DNA from: an uncultured Thermoplasmata archaeon
Lineage (GTDB): Archaea > Thermoplasmatota > Thermoplasmata > RBG-16-68-12
Assembly (NCBI GenBank): GCA_963768855.1
Contig: CAVYJM010000006.1
Span: forward strand, 96,001-160,000
Length of the DNA stretch: 64,000 nucleotides
Reading direction: 5' to 3'
The stretch's first letter is position 1. Every line of letters starts with the position of its first letter. Under the pieces are notes generated by a model, which searched no databases, was not told the DNA's origin, and was given only the letters and a program-made list of their open reading frames with translations. Positions 21,743-32,167 of the stretch are shown one piece after another. The position numbers were made by a program, and so were the translations under genes.

Positions 21743-23569
21743 ATGGGCATTCCTCTTCTCACACTGCAAAACGTGGCACTCACCTTCGGCGGTACGCCCC
21801 TTCTGGAGGACGCGGGCCTATCCGTGACCGAGGGCGACCGCATCTGCATCGTTGGGCGCAACGGCTCCGGCAAATCCACGCTCATGAAGATCGCGGCGGG
21901 GCTGATCGAGCCGGACAGAGGCACGCGTTTCGTGCACCCGGGCATCACGCTGCGCTACCTGCCGCAGGAGCCGGATTTCGGCGCGCATAAGACGGTGCGG
22001 GCTTATGTCGAAAGCGGGCTTGCCCCGGGTGACGATCCGCACCAGGTGCGCGTGATCCTGGAGGAGCTTGGGCTCACGGGGGAGGAAGAGCCCGGAAAGG
22101 TGTCCGGCGGCGAGGCGCGCCGCGCGGCGCTGGCAAAGACGCTCGCGCCGAACCCGGATGTGTTGCTGCTGGACGAGCCGACCAACCACCTGGACATCCG
22201 GGCCATCGAATGGCTGGAGAGGCGGCTGGGCGGCATGCGCTCGGCGCTGGTCCTCATCAGCCACGACCGCCGGTTCCTGTCCAATCTGTCGCGCGGCACC
22301 GTATGGGTGGATCGCGGCGTGACGCGCAGCATCGCCATCGGCTTCAGCACCTTCGAGGCTTGGCGCGACGAAGCGCTGGCGCAGGAGGAACTGGAGCGGC
22401 ACAAGCTCGCGCGCAAGATCGAGCGCGAGGCGGATTGGCTGCGCTATGGCGTCACCGCGCGGCGGAAGCGCAATGTGCGCCGGCTGGGCGCGCTGCAGGC
22501 CATGCGGGAGGAGAAGCGGACCGCCAAGCGCGCGCCGGGCCAGGTCAAGCTGGAGGCGGCGGAGGGTACTGCTTCGGGCAAGCTTGTGATCGAGGCGAAG
22601 GCGATTTCGAAATCCTACGGCGCGGACCCCATCGTCGACAAATTCAGCATTCGCGTTAACCGCGGCGACCGCGTTGGCATCGCGGGTCCGAACGGCGCCG
22701 GCAAGACGACCCTCGTTAACATGTTGATTGGCAAGCTTGCTCCGGACGAGGGCACCGTGCGGCTTGGCGCAAACCTGGAAAGCGCTAGCCTGGAGCAGAA
22801 CCGCGACAGCCTGAAGCCCGATTGGACGGTGGCGGATGCGCTTACGGGCGGCAGCGGCGACGTGATCGTCATCAACGGCGTGGCCAAGCACGTTGCCACC
22901 TACATGCAGGACTTCCTGTTCCTGCCCGAACAAATGCGGACGCCGGTGAAGGTTCTATCCGGCGGCGAGCGCGCGCGCCTCATGCTGGCCCGGTCGCTTG
23001 CGAAGCCTTCGAACCTGCTCGTGCTCGACGAACCGACCAACGATCTCGACCTCGAAACGCTCGACGTGCTTGAGGAGATGCTTGCCGATTATGCGGGCAC
23101 GCTGATCCTCATCAGCCACGACCGCGATTTTCTCGACCGCGCCGTCACTTCCATCGTTGTGCCGGAGGGCAGCGGACGCTGGGTCGAATATGCGGGCGGC
23201 TGGTCGGACATGATCGTGCAACGCGGGAGCGCGCCGTTCTCCCCGCCGGGCACGGCCAAGCAGGCAAGGGCGGAGCGGAACGAGGCAAGGAAGAAGCCCG
23301 CGGATGCGGGCGAGGCGAAGCAGAAGCGCCGCCTGAGCTTTAACGAGAAGCATGCGCTGGAAACTCTGCCGGGCAGGATCGCGGGCCTGGAAAAGGAGAT
23401 TTCGGATTTGCAAGCGCAACTGGACGATCCCCGCCTCTATGCCAAGGACCGTCAGGCGTTCGAGACGGTGAGCGCTGCGTTGGTCAAAGCGCAAGCCGGG
23501 CTTGCCGAGGCCGAGCATCGCTGGCTTGAGCTTGAAATGCTCCGTGAAGACATCGCATCCAATCCTTAA
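21743..23569 (+). CDS. uup: ABC-F family ATPase (Uup-like)
   Basis: Two ABC domains (GRNGSGKST, LDEPTNHLD; GPNGAGKTT, LSGGERAR) and a C-terminal coiled coil (RLSFNEKHALETLP...RWLELE). Confidence 0.88.
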   Translation: MGIPLLTLQNVALTFGGTPLLEDAGLSVTEGDRICIVGRNGSGKSTLMKIAAGLIEPDRGTRFVHPGITLRYLPQEPDFGAHKTVRAYVESGLAPGDDPHQVRVILEELGLTGEEEPGKVSGGEARRAALAKTLAPNPDVLLLDEPTNHLDIRAIEWLERRLGGMRSALVLISHDRRFLSNLSRGTVWVDRGVTRSIAIGFSTFEAWRDEALAQEELERHKLARKIEREADWLRYGVTARRKRNVRRLGALQAMREEKRTAKRAPGQVKLEAAEGTASGKLVIEAKAISKSYGADPIVDKFSIRVNRGDRVGIAGPNGAGKTTLVNMLIGKLAPDEGTVRLGANLESASLEQNRDSLKPDWTVADALTGGSGDVIVINGVAKHVATYMQDFLFLPEQMRTPVKVLSGGERARLMLARSLAKPSNLLVLDEPTNDLDLETLDVLEEMLADYAGTLILISHDRDFLDRAVTSIVVPEGSGRWVEYAGGWSDMIVQRGSAPFSPPGTAKQARAERNEARKKPADAGEAKQKRRLSFNEKHALETLPGRIAGLEKEISDLQAQLDDPRLYAKDRQAFETVSAALVKAQAGLAEAEHRWLELEMLREDIASNP

Positions 23570-23638
23570 GTAATTGAGCGGGATAAGCGCAGGCCCATAG
23601 GCGCTTAACACCGGATGGCGCAATGAACTGGGGCATCT

Positions 23639-23742
23639 CCCCTCATCCTGTCCTTCTCCCCATGGGAGAAGGGACCCCTGAACAGTGCTTGGAGCGCGCA
23701 ACAACGTCCCCTCTCCCGTGGGGAGAGGGACAGGGTGAGGGG
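23639..23742. repeat. Palindromic intergenic repeat, family A
   Basis: cccctcatcctgtccttctccccatgggagaaggg...ccctctcccgtggggagagggacagggtgagggg. Confidence 0.75.
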
Positions 23743-24051
23743 AGAGACCGCTGTTATGTTCGCCGCCAGGCCGATTGGAAACACCCTAAGTACAAGCTCA
23801 ATACTAATTCCACGAATTACGTAAAATTTTCGAGAGTCCAAACCTGAAAGCCGTAGTACTGCAGTCTTTACTCGGCTTATTAAGGAAAAATAGGCTCCGC
23901 ATTGTGCGCGATGCCATGTGCTTAAATTTGCCGGAGATATTTCTGCAAGCCGGGCCTCTTTTTGAGGCGGCGTTAACTCAGCCGAAACCTGGCACCGTAT
24001 AACTACAACGCAGGATTGCGCGCCGTTGCGGCTACTCTTATGGAGTGTGGG

Positions 24052-25792
24052 ATGCGGTTATCGAGAATTTCAAAATTGGCGAGCGCGGCCGTCGTCGCGG
24101 GCTTCGCGCTGACCATCGGCGTCAGTCTTTACAGCTTGGGAGAGTTCAAGATTGGCGGGGCGCTATGCGACAAGATTATGCTGGGAAAGGATTTGGTTTC
24201 CGATATCTTGCCTCCTCCGGAATACATTATCGAGCCATATCTTGAGACGTCCCTGCTGGCAAAAGAACCTCAGTCCATATCTGAGCGTCGCAAACGGCTG
24301 ACCGAGCTTAAAAAGGACTATGACAGCCGCCATGAATACTGGGCTGCGCAAGACATAGACGCGCAAGTAAAATCGCAGCTTCTGCAAAAAGCGAATGAGC
24401 CTGCCCAACGCTTTTGGCAAATCCTGGAAACGAGCTTCTATCCCGCCGTCGAGAAGAAGGATTTGAGGCGCCATCGAGGCGGCTTTTCAGAAACTGACCA
24501 TCGCGTATGCGCAGCATAGGGCCGCAATCGAAGAAACGGTTGCCCTGGCAAATAAGAGCAATGACGGGATCGTTGCCGAGTCATTGCAATTTGCCCGGAA
24601 TGTTAATCTTGTGCTTGTCTTCCTTTCGTGCGTGGTCTTGGCACTTGCCATTGCCATCGCTTGGGGAGTGCCGGCTTTGATCCTCAAGCCGCTCCACCAA
24701 ATGTGCAACTCGATTCTGTCGCTGGCGAATGGCAGGCATGAACTGGCCATCCCCATGACCTCCAGGAAGGACGAGCTTGGCGATATCGCGCGCTCGGTCG
24801 AGGTTCTCCGGCAGAAAGCAATCGAGCACGAGACGCAGCAGGAGAGCATGAACGAAGCGAAGGAACGGGAGTTCCAAGGCCAGCGGAACCTCGCAGCCAA
24901 GGCCCAGCATTTCAGAAACATAATCACCAAGGTTGTCGACGGCTTGGGCGAGCAGGTGAGCCAATTGCAAGGAACCGCCGGAGCCCTGTCGGAGGCATCG
25001 GAAACCGCGACCTTCGAAGCGGCGAACGCCGCCAATGTTTCCGCCAGCGCCGCCGACAACTCCAACGCGGTGGCTGCGGCGACCGAGGAGCTGAGCTGCT
25101 CGATCCGGGAGATCTCGGATCAGGCGCACCGGACGAATGCGGTCGTCGAGGCCGCTGACAACGAGGCCAAGCGCACGAACCAGGATGTCGGGCGGCTTGC
25201 GAGCGCGGCCGAGGAGATCGGCTCCATCGTGGCGGTGATCCGCAGCATCGCCGATCAGACCAATCTTCTGGCGCTGAATGCCACCATCGAAGCGGCGCGT
25301 GCGGGCGAGTCGGGCCGCGGTTTCGCGGTGGTGGCCGCCGAGGTGAAGGAGCTTTCGGCGCAAACCGCCAAGGCAACCGACGCGATTGCCGAGCAAATCC
25401 ACGCGATCCAGGATTCGACGAGCGCCGCGGTCGGCGCCATCCAGTCGGTTTCCGGCAAGGTGGGCGAGATCCAGGCATTCACCGGCGCGATCGCAGCCGC
25501 GGTCGAGCAGCAGACGGCTGCCGCGCAGGAGATCGCCAACAATGTGTCGCTCGCCGCCACGGCAAGCGAGAAGGCAGCGAGGAGTTCCAGCGAGGTCTCG
25601 CAATCGGCGACCCAGACCAAGCAGCAGGCGGCGTCGCTCTCCAAGGTCTCCACGCAGCTTTCCGGGCTTGCGTCTCAGCTTTCGGCGGCGTTGAAAGATT
25701 TTGGCGGCGGCAGCCAATTCCCGGACGGCTCCTTCAACTCTCCCATGGCGGCCGAAGAAGAAGGGGGCTTCGCTTTTCGCGCTGCTGCGTAA
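24052..25792 (+). CDS. Methyl-accepting chemotaxis protein; frameshift near 24470
   Basis: TM1, periplasmic domain ([21 protein letters not shown]), TM2, HAMP, and signalling hairpin [36 protein letters not shown]. Confidence 0.93.
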
Positions 25793-26045
25793 GGCTGCCG
25801 CGTAAACCGGAATCCGGCGGCGGCCCGCCTCCCCGGCGTATCGTTTTGCAAGCGCAAGGCTGTCCTGGGGTGGACTCTGCCGTAAGCTTTGGAGCCCTGG
25901 CAATACCAGCCCGGCCGATTGCCTGACGCGGATAGGGTGTAGCGGGTTCGATCTGTGAAATAGAAATATAGGCGGTCTTGTTTGCTGCCGGCTGTCCTCT
26001 AAATCAACGGGGGGCAATGCCCACTCTCTATGGAATGCGGCGATC

Positions 26046-26963
26046 ATGGCTGATCCCTATAAAACGCTCGGGCTTACGAAGACTGCGACGGACGAAGAGA
26101 TCCGCAAGGCTTACCGCAAGCTCGCCAAGGAGCACCATCCGGACTTGAACCCCGGCAACAAGGAAGCCGAGGCGCGGTTCAAGGACATTTCCGCCGCTTA
26201 CACCCTGTTGAGCGACCCGGAAAAGCGCCGGGCCTTCGACGCCGGCGAGACGGACGCGTCCGGCCAGCCTCAGGCCGAGCGCCGGTTCTACCGCGATTAT
26301 GCGGGCGCTGGCGGAGGCTTCCGCTACGAGCGCCCGGAGGATTTGGGCGGCTTCGCGGATTTGGGCGGTATTTTCGCCGATCTCATGCAAGGGCGGCGCG
26401 GGGGGCAGCGCGGCGGCCCTGGAACGCAGTTCCGCATGCGCGGCGGGGATGTGCACTACGCGCTTCCCGTGGAGTTCCTCGAAGCCGTGAACGGCGCCAA
26501 GAAGCGCATCGATATGCCGGACGGCAAGACGCTGGACATCGCCATCCCCGCGGGCGTCCAGGACGGCCAGACGTTGCGCCTCAAGGGGCAGGGCGCGCCG
26601 GGCTTGGGCGGCGGCCCGGCCGGCGATGCGCTCATCACGGTCACGGTGCGCCCGCATCCAGTCTTCCGCCGCGACGGCAACGATATCAAGTCCGTGCTGC
26701 CCATCACCTTGAACGAGGCGCTTTCCGGCGGCAGTGTTCCGGTCGAGACCATCACGGGGCCGGTGAGCCTCAAAATCCCCAAGCATTCCAACAGCGGCCG
26801 CATCTTGCGCCTGCGCGGCAAGGGCGTGCAGGGTAAAGTGAAAGGCGACCACCTGGTGGAGCTGCAGGTGACGATGCCGCCGCATCCGGATGAGGCCCTT
26901 GAAAAGGCCGTTGCCGAATGGGAGAGCCAGCACCCCTATAATCCGCGGGGAGGCGGGCGATGA
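26046..26963 (+). CDS. cbpA: DnaJ-class co-chaperone (CbpA-like, no zinc finger)
   Basis: J domain with HPD, G/F-rich linker and DnaJ C-terminal domain; coupled to a CbpM-like gene. Confidence 0.9.
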   Translation: MADPYKTLGLTKTATDEEIRKAYRKLAKEHHPDLNPGNKEAEARFKDISAAYTLLSDPEKRRAFDAGETDASGQPQAERRFYRDYAGAGGGFRYERPEDLGGFADLGGIFADLMQGRRGGQRGGPGTQFRMRGGDVHYALPVEFLEAVNGAKKRIDMPDGKTLDIAIPAGVQDGQTLRLKGQGAPGLGGGPAGDALITVTVRPHPVFRRDGNDIKSVLPITLNEALSGGSVPVETITGPVSLKIPKHSNSGRILRLRGKGVQGKVKGDHLVELQVTMPPHPDEALEKAVAEWESQHPYNPRGGGR

Positions 26964-27295
26964 TCACGGAGGCAGAAATCGTTGCGCGCTTCGGCCGGCT
27001 TGAGGCGCATGTGCTGCAGCGCTGGATCGCGGCGGGCTGGGTCAAGCCGCGGGAGAGCGGGGCGGGGTTTCTGTTCGACGAGGCCGACGTGGCGCGCACG
27101 CACCTGCTTTGCGACCTGTCGTTCGATATGGAGCTGCACGACGAGGAACTGGCGATTGTGCTGTCGCTGATCGACCGGCTCAACGGGACGCGAACCATGC
27201 TGCAGGCGCTTACCGCCGCGGTGGAAAGCCAGCCTGAGCCGGTGCGCGACGCGATCCTGGCCGAGATGCGCGCGCTTTTGGGGGCGGGAGAGTAA
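26960..27295 (+). CDS. cbpM: Chaperone modulator CbpM-like (MerR-type HTH)
   Basis: WIAAGWVKP...FDEADVAR..L..DLSFDMELHDEELAIVLSLIDR; ATGA overlap with cbpA. Confidence 0.82.
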   Translation: MITEAEIVARFGRLEAHVLQRWIAAGWVKPRESGAGFLFDEADVARTHLLCDLSFDMELHDEELAIVLSLIDRLNGTRTMLQALTAAVESQPEPVRDAILAEMRALLGAGE

Positions 27296-27882
27296 TACCA
27301 ACCGTCATCGGTTTTGACCGGTCTTTCCCGATTGCGTGGGGCATCGCCCGAAGCCGCCTTCTCCTCCGCGCCGTTGCCTGCATCGCCATGGCGGCTCAGA
27401 TTTTGGGCGGCCGGCATAAGCTTCCGGCGCATCTCCAGTCACCTCCTGTTAACCCAGTCCAGCGGCCCAACCCCTCGTTTCGAGCCGTCTTTTCAATTTG
27501 AGACAGTATAGCATGAGTGCTTTAATGTTTCGTTAAAAGCTCGCCGTCCACCGCAAGTCATTGATGTTTATCGGTAATATTCGTTGGCGCGCCCGCCCTC
27601 GGACCGCGCGATTGGTTAATTTGAAAGTTGCGCGTATATTTAAACGGATTCTGGAAGCGTAGAATTCGACCGAAAACGGCAAAAGATTCGCAGAAAGTGG
27701 CGGGCGAAAAATATGAAGATCCGCCGTTTACCATGCCGGCATTAAGCATATCGCGGCTGTAGGCGAAACAAACGATCCATTAACCCGGCGCGAAATCCGC
27801 GTCTGTTTCGTGCGGTTGCTTTCGGACGCCCACGCCTGCTTTGCCGCCTCGCGATGACGGCGGATTGCGCTGCCAGAACTCG

Positions 27883-27985
27883 CTAGAGCCTATCCGCTTT
27901 TGATGGAATCAAAAGCGGGCTCTAACTTTTTGTTTTGCCGTGCGTCTTTCGGAAAACCGCTTCACACTTTTCCGGACGCACGCTA
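27883..27985. repeat. ~103-bp MITE-like repeat, family D, copy 1
   Basis: CTAGAGC start and perfect hairpin CCGCTTTTGAT-GGA-ATCAAAAGCGG; near-identical copy at 31083-31186. Confidence 0.85.
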
Positions 27986-28165
27986 AGGGACCGGCAAACC
28001 GCCACGCCGCGCGAGCACACGCAGATGCTCGATGGCCGCTAAGTATCGCAGGCGCAATGGACAGCAGCCTTTCGCGCGTCGAGAAGCATCTGGGTTTCGT
28101 TGAGGCTTAGACGGTCTCCGCCACCCGGCTTGCCAAACAGGCCAGCCTAAGCGCATATTTGCATC

Positions 28166-28385
28166 ATGAACGAGCGCGTGAGACATATCGCCGAACAGGA
28201 GCGGCAATTGACGCCTGAGGAGCGGGCCGATCTTTGCGATCTGCTACTCGTCATGATGCACGCGGCCCCGCCGGGTTTGGGCGAAGACTGGGAAGAGGAA
28301 ATAGAGCGCCGTGCCGCGGAAATCGATCGCGGCGAGGTTGTTCTGCAAGACTTCGATGAAGCGATGCGCGATTTGCGCGCTTCAG
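28166..28385 (+). CDS. Addiction-module antitoxin component (TIGR02574-like), no cognate toxin; lacks a stop and reads on into unrelated DNA
   Basis: LTPEERADLCDLLL...WEEEIERRAAEIDRGEVVLQDFDEAMRDLR matches the family pattern; the rest of ORF 28166..29014 is a mosaic. Confidence 0.72.
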
Positions 28386-28389
28386 CATC

Positions 28390-28687
28390 AAACACTTCGC
28401 TAGATCAGCAAGCCCGCTCTCTGATCGCTTTGCGGACTACCAAGCATTCATGCTCCGGCACGAGGGGACCAGGTTATGGGTGGCGGTCTCGCTCCCAGCT
28501 CGGCTCCGTCCAGACCGAGGCGAGCGCCGCGGCCAGCTGCGTCCGGCTCTTCGGCAAGGTACTCCGGAATGAGGTGGTCAATGCAAACGTCATTCCAACG
28601 GATAGACTGCCGGTGGTAAAAGCACTTGAAATCATAAGCCGCCCACAGCGCATACTTCAGGCTTGGGCTGATTTTCTGTTGCGACAT
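28390..28687 (-). pseudogene. HNH endonuclease remnant
   Basis: YALWAAYDFKCFYHRQSIRWNDVCIDHLIPEYL, then after a frameshift HNLVPSCRS.NAW, giving an HNH (DH.IP...NLV..C..CN)-like motif. Confidence 0.55.
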
Positions 28688-28735
28688 AAGAACAGGTGGA
28701 CCGAAGTCGGTCGCCGAAGGCAAGTCTCACCCAAC

Positions 28736-29708
28736 ATGGACAAGATCAAGGCCAATCTCGAGTTCGTAGCCCGTGTTGCTGACGAGTTTAACGGAACGCT
28801 CAATGCATTTTCATCTCTCATCCGGGTTGAAATGTTGATCGATGATGCTGAGCGCGCTGCCCGTGCCTACGCGGTCTCTGCCGCCGGAAAGGCCATACGC
28901 TCACCGCGAATTCGAATTGGACATTGTGTCCTACTACTCTGTTGGTTTTGTCACCTCCTTGGAGTGGCACGCACGGTCGCGGCTCGCCGACCTGTTCACC
29001 TATGCGCCCGGTAGCATCGCCGACGACGACCTCACGAAGGACACCGGTACAAAGGTTCTGCGGCAGCTCATCGCCGTCAACGCCAGCATTCCCCAGTACC
29101 TCGCCGCCACTCGTAACTACTCGACCGCGTCCGCTTACCTGAGCGTCTTTACCCGGCTATTCAAAGCCCTCAACATCCGGCCCGACCCCAAACGCATCCT
29201 TCACGATGTGGATGTGCCTGGCACAATTCCCGGCACTACAGCCCTGGAAGCGTTCGAAGCGCTTTACGATTACAGGAACAGCCTCGTACATGAGATTACC
29301 GAGGAACACGTCGGCCACCCCATCCATCACAATGTATGGAACTGGGAGACCGCCATCGCCTACGGTCGCTTCGTCCTGAGTTTCATGAAGGCGCTCGAGG
29401 CGACGATAACCAACACTGGTCCGAGCGACTTCCCAAACAGGGTGATGGCCGACGGCGGGCCCGAAAACGTTGACGACCGCCTTGACAGCGAAATTGCCGG
29501 GCTACGAGCCGAAATTAACGCTAAGCTGAACAACTTCGCGCCCGCTCTCCGCGCGTCGCGCGCTGCCCTGGATGCCGAGCAAGAGATGCTGAACCACGCC
29601 CACATCTTTTATAGCCGGTGGTTCGACTTCAAAGCACCAGTGAGACGCGCGCTCCGGCGTGGGCGGCTCCTTTACCTGAAGGCGCTACGTGAAGCTGCTG
29701 AAGACTAA
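28736..29708 (+). CDS. Putative HEPN-domain protein; frameshift near 28880
   Basis: MDKIKANLEF... joins ORF 28842..29708. Contains FVTSLEWHARSRL (HEPN N-terminal E-helix-like) and YDYRNSLVHE (R-x4-H). Confidence 0.55.
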
Positions 29709-29959
29709 GAGGGTTCGCCACGGTACTCAGCTCATTTTGGCCCGCAAAACGGAAGCCGGAATACCACGCAACTTCCGCTTTCACCGCATCCCCGACCTTA
29801 GCATCAGGTGCGCCCAGAGCAGCGTCGGCTGAACGGCAGATTGCCATCGGTTCTTGGAAAGGACGGCAACTGGATCTGACAGCCGACCTAGTGCAATTGA
29901 GACTGCGAGAATATCGGGACGGCCGCTTTCGACCCAATCCGTTCATTAGCGCAAAGAGG

Positions 29960-30474
29960 TTGCCCTGAAGAATTCGATCACACTCATCCTTGGCGGCGCG
30001 CGGTCGGGCAAGAGCGCGTATGCGGAGCGGCTCGTCGGTGCACTGCCGCCGCCTTGGGTTTATTGTGCGACGGCCCAAGCGCTCGACGATGAGATGCGCG
30101 AGCGTATCGGCCATCACCAGAAGCGGCGCGGGGAGGGCTGGCGGACCGCCGAAGCGCCGCTCGATATTGCGCCGCTGCTTGAAGCTGAAACCCGGCCTAT
30201 TCTGGTGGATTGTCTGACGCTTTGGCTGACGAATATCATGCTGGCCGGAATGGATGTGGACGCCGAAACCGCGAAGCTGATCGCCGCCGCGCGGACCTCG
30301 CGTGCGCCCATCGTGTTCGTCTCGAACGAGGTTGGTCTTGGCATCGTGCCCGATAACGCGCTGGCCCGCGAGTTCCGCGACCGCGCCGGCCGGCTCAATC
30401 AAGCGGTGGCCGCCATCGCGAACCGGGTGGTGTTCATGGTTGCGGGCCTGCCGATGGTGTTGAAAGATGAGTGA
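29960..30474 (+). CDS. cobU: Adenosylcobinamide kinase / cobinamide-phosphate guanylyltransferase
   Basis: ITLILGGARSGKSAYAE, EMRERIGHHQKRR, LVDCLTLWLTN and VSNEVGLGIVP..ALAREFRDRAG motifs. Start uncertain. Confidence 0.93.
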
Positions 30475-30516
30475 TCCCGCCGCGCCGCAAGATGGCCTTC
30501 GCGCCACAGGGCGAAG

Positions 30517-31086
30517 ATGGAAAAGCGCAAAGCCGTGCAGGATGCGGAGGTTGCGTCGAAAACTGCCGGCGGCGGGCTGCTGATGGTGCATACCGGGCCC
30601 GGCAAGGGCAAGTCCACGGCCGCCTGGGGGCTCGCGCTGCGGGCGCTGGGCCATGGCTGGCGTGTGGGCGTCGTGCAGTTCATCAAGGGCGCGTGGGAGA
30701 CGGGCGAGCGTGCGGCCTTTGCACGTTTCGGCGATCAGGTGTCCTGGCACACGATGGGCGAGGGCTTCACCTGGGAGACGCAGGATAAGGCGCGCGACAT
30801 GGCGGCGGCGCAAGCGGCGTGGGCCAAGGCGCGCGAGTTGATGGCGGACCCGGGCATCGGGCTCTTGGTCCTGGACGAGCTGAACATCGCGCTGCGCTAC
30901 GATTATCTGCCGCTGGCCGATGTGATCGAGGCGCTGAAGGCCCGCCGTCCTGAGCTGACCGTGATCGTGACCGGCCGCAACGCCAAGCCGGAGCTTGTTG
31001 CCGCCGCCGATTGCGTGACGGAGATGGGCGCGGTGAAGCATCATTTCGCGGCGGGCTTCAAGGCACAGGAAGGCATCGAGTTCTAG
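30517..31086 (+). CDS. cobO: Cob(I)alamin adenosyltransferase CobO/BtuR (true start perhaps 30467 with a frameshift)
   Basis: VHTGPGKGKSTAAWG, QFIKG, GEGFTW, LDELNIAL, TGRNA and KHHFAAGFKAQEGIEF motifs. Confidence 0.95.
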   Translation: MEKRKAVQDAEVASKTAGGGLLMVHTGPGKGKSTAAWGLALRALGHGWRVGVVQFIKGAWETGERAAFARFGDQVSWHTMGEGFTWETQDKARDMAAAQAAWAKARELMADPGIGLLVLDELNIALRYDYLPLADVIEALKARRPELTVIVTGRNAKPELVAAADCVTEMGAVKHHFAAGFKAQEGIEF

Positions 31087-31186
31087 AGCCTAACCGCTTT
31101 TGATGGAATCAAAAGCGGGCTCTAACTTTTTGTTTTGCCGTGCGTCTTTTCGGAAAACCGCTTCGCACTTTTCCGGACGCACTCTA
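31083..31186. repeat. ~103-bp MITE-like repeat, family D, copy 2 (overlaps the cobO stop codon)
   Basis: Same sequence and orientation as 27883-27985 with a few differences. Confidence 0.85.
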
Positions 31187-31202
31187 AGCGAGGAGATAGG
31201 CT

Positions 31203-31865
31203 ATGACCACGCCCGGCCCGAGATTGATCGCCTTCGAAATCCTGTTTGCCCTTGTCTATATTGGGCTCGCCATTCTTGGCTGGGGCGGCTTTGCGCCGTT
31301 CTTCTCCCATCCGCCGCTGATCGCGGTCACTGCAATATTCTTCGCGCTGCTGGGAGCCGCATTGTTCACAGCCGGAAATCTGAGCTCTGGAGAGCGCGAG
31401 GACCGCTCGAACCGCTGGGTGCTGCCGGTTTTCGGCGTTATCGGGTTCGCTAGCGCCTATTTGCCGGCCTACACGGACAGGATTGGGTTCTGGACGATTG
31501 ACGGCGATAGCGTCCGCTGGCTCGGCGTATTTCTGTTCGCCGCTGGCGGGGCGTTGCGGATTGGGCCGGTCTTCATCCTGGGCCATCGGTTCAGCGGGCT
31601 GGTCGCGATCCAGCCGGGCCATACGCTGGTCACGGACGGCCTGTACGGCATCATCCGCCACCCGAGCTATCTGGGACTGCTCGTAGGCACCCTTGGCTGG
31701 GCGCTCGCCTTCCGGTCCGGTGTGGGCTTGGTTCTGACCGCGCTGCTTATCCCGCCGCTGCTCGCCCGCATCCGCGCCGAGGAAGCGTTGCTGCGCTCCG
31801 AATTCGGTGCTGAGTACGTTGCCTATCGCAGCCGCACGTGGCGGCTCGTTCCTGGACTGTTTTGA
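31203..31865 (+). CDS. Isoprenylcysteine carboxyl methyltransferase (ICMT) family membrane protein
   Basis: HTLVTDGLYGIIRHPSYLG and RIRAEEALL...YVAYRSRTWRLVP motifs; multiple TM helices. Confidence 0.88.
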   Translation: MTTPGPRLIAFEILFALVYIGLAILGWGGFAPFFSHPPLIAVTAIFFALLGAALFTAGNLSSGEREDRSNRWVLPVFGVIGFASAYLPAYTDRIGFWTIDGDSVRWLGVFLFAAGGALRIGPVFILGHRFSGLVAIQPGHTLVTDGLYGIIRHPSYLGLLVGTLGWALAFRSGVGLVLTALLIPPLLARIRAEEALLRSEFGAEYVAYRSRTWRLVPGLF

Positions 31866-32077
31866 TGCACTCCGCTGGCGCGTGCACCGGGGCCAAAGCA
31901 AATTGTGCTGTCATAATGCGCTGTGCGGGTCGCTTCGCCGTGTCACTTCATCGTTGCGATAACGGCCGGGATTTGGTATCGGATTGCAGCGGCTTTCTGA
32001 AAAATGGAAACCAAAGTGAGGCCACCGGTCTTTACGCCCAGTGGCAGGCTCTTAAAGTATTTTAAGAGTTTTCGAGT

Positions 32078-32167
32078 GGAGAGGTGCTAGAGTGGTTGAA
32101 TAGGCCGGTCTCGAAAACCGGAATACGGGTAACCGTATCGAGGGTTCGAATCCCTCCCTCTCCGCCA
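32078..32167 (+). tRNA. tRNA-Ser (anticodon CGA)
   Basis: GGAGAGG...CCTCTCC-G-CCA acceptor stem, anticodon arm CCGGT-CTCGAAA-ACCGG, long variable arm and GGTTCGAATCC T loop; 90 nt. Confidence 0.96.

Noticed and set aside
28166-29014. Single 282-aa protein
   Set aside because: It is a mosaic of an antitoxin, the antisense of an HNH remnant and the N-terminus of the HEPN-like gene.
29708-29960. Cobalamin riboswitch upstream of cobU
   Set aside because: Only a short AAGCCGGAATACC resembles the B12-box tail; the conserved core (GGGAA...CCC, B12 box) is not recognisable.
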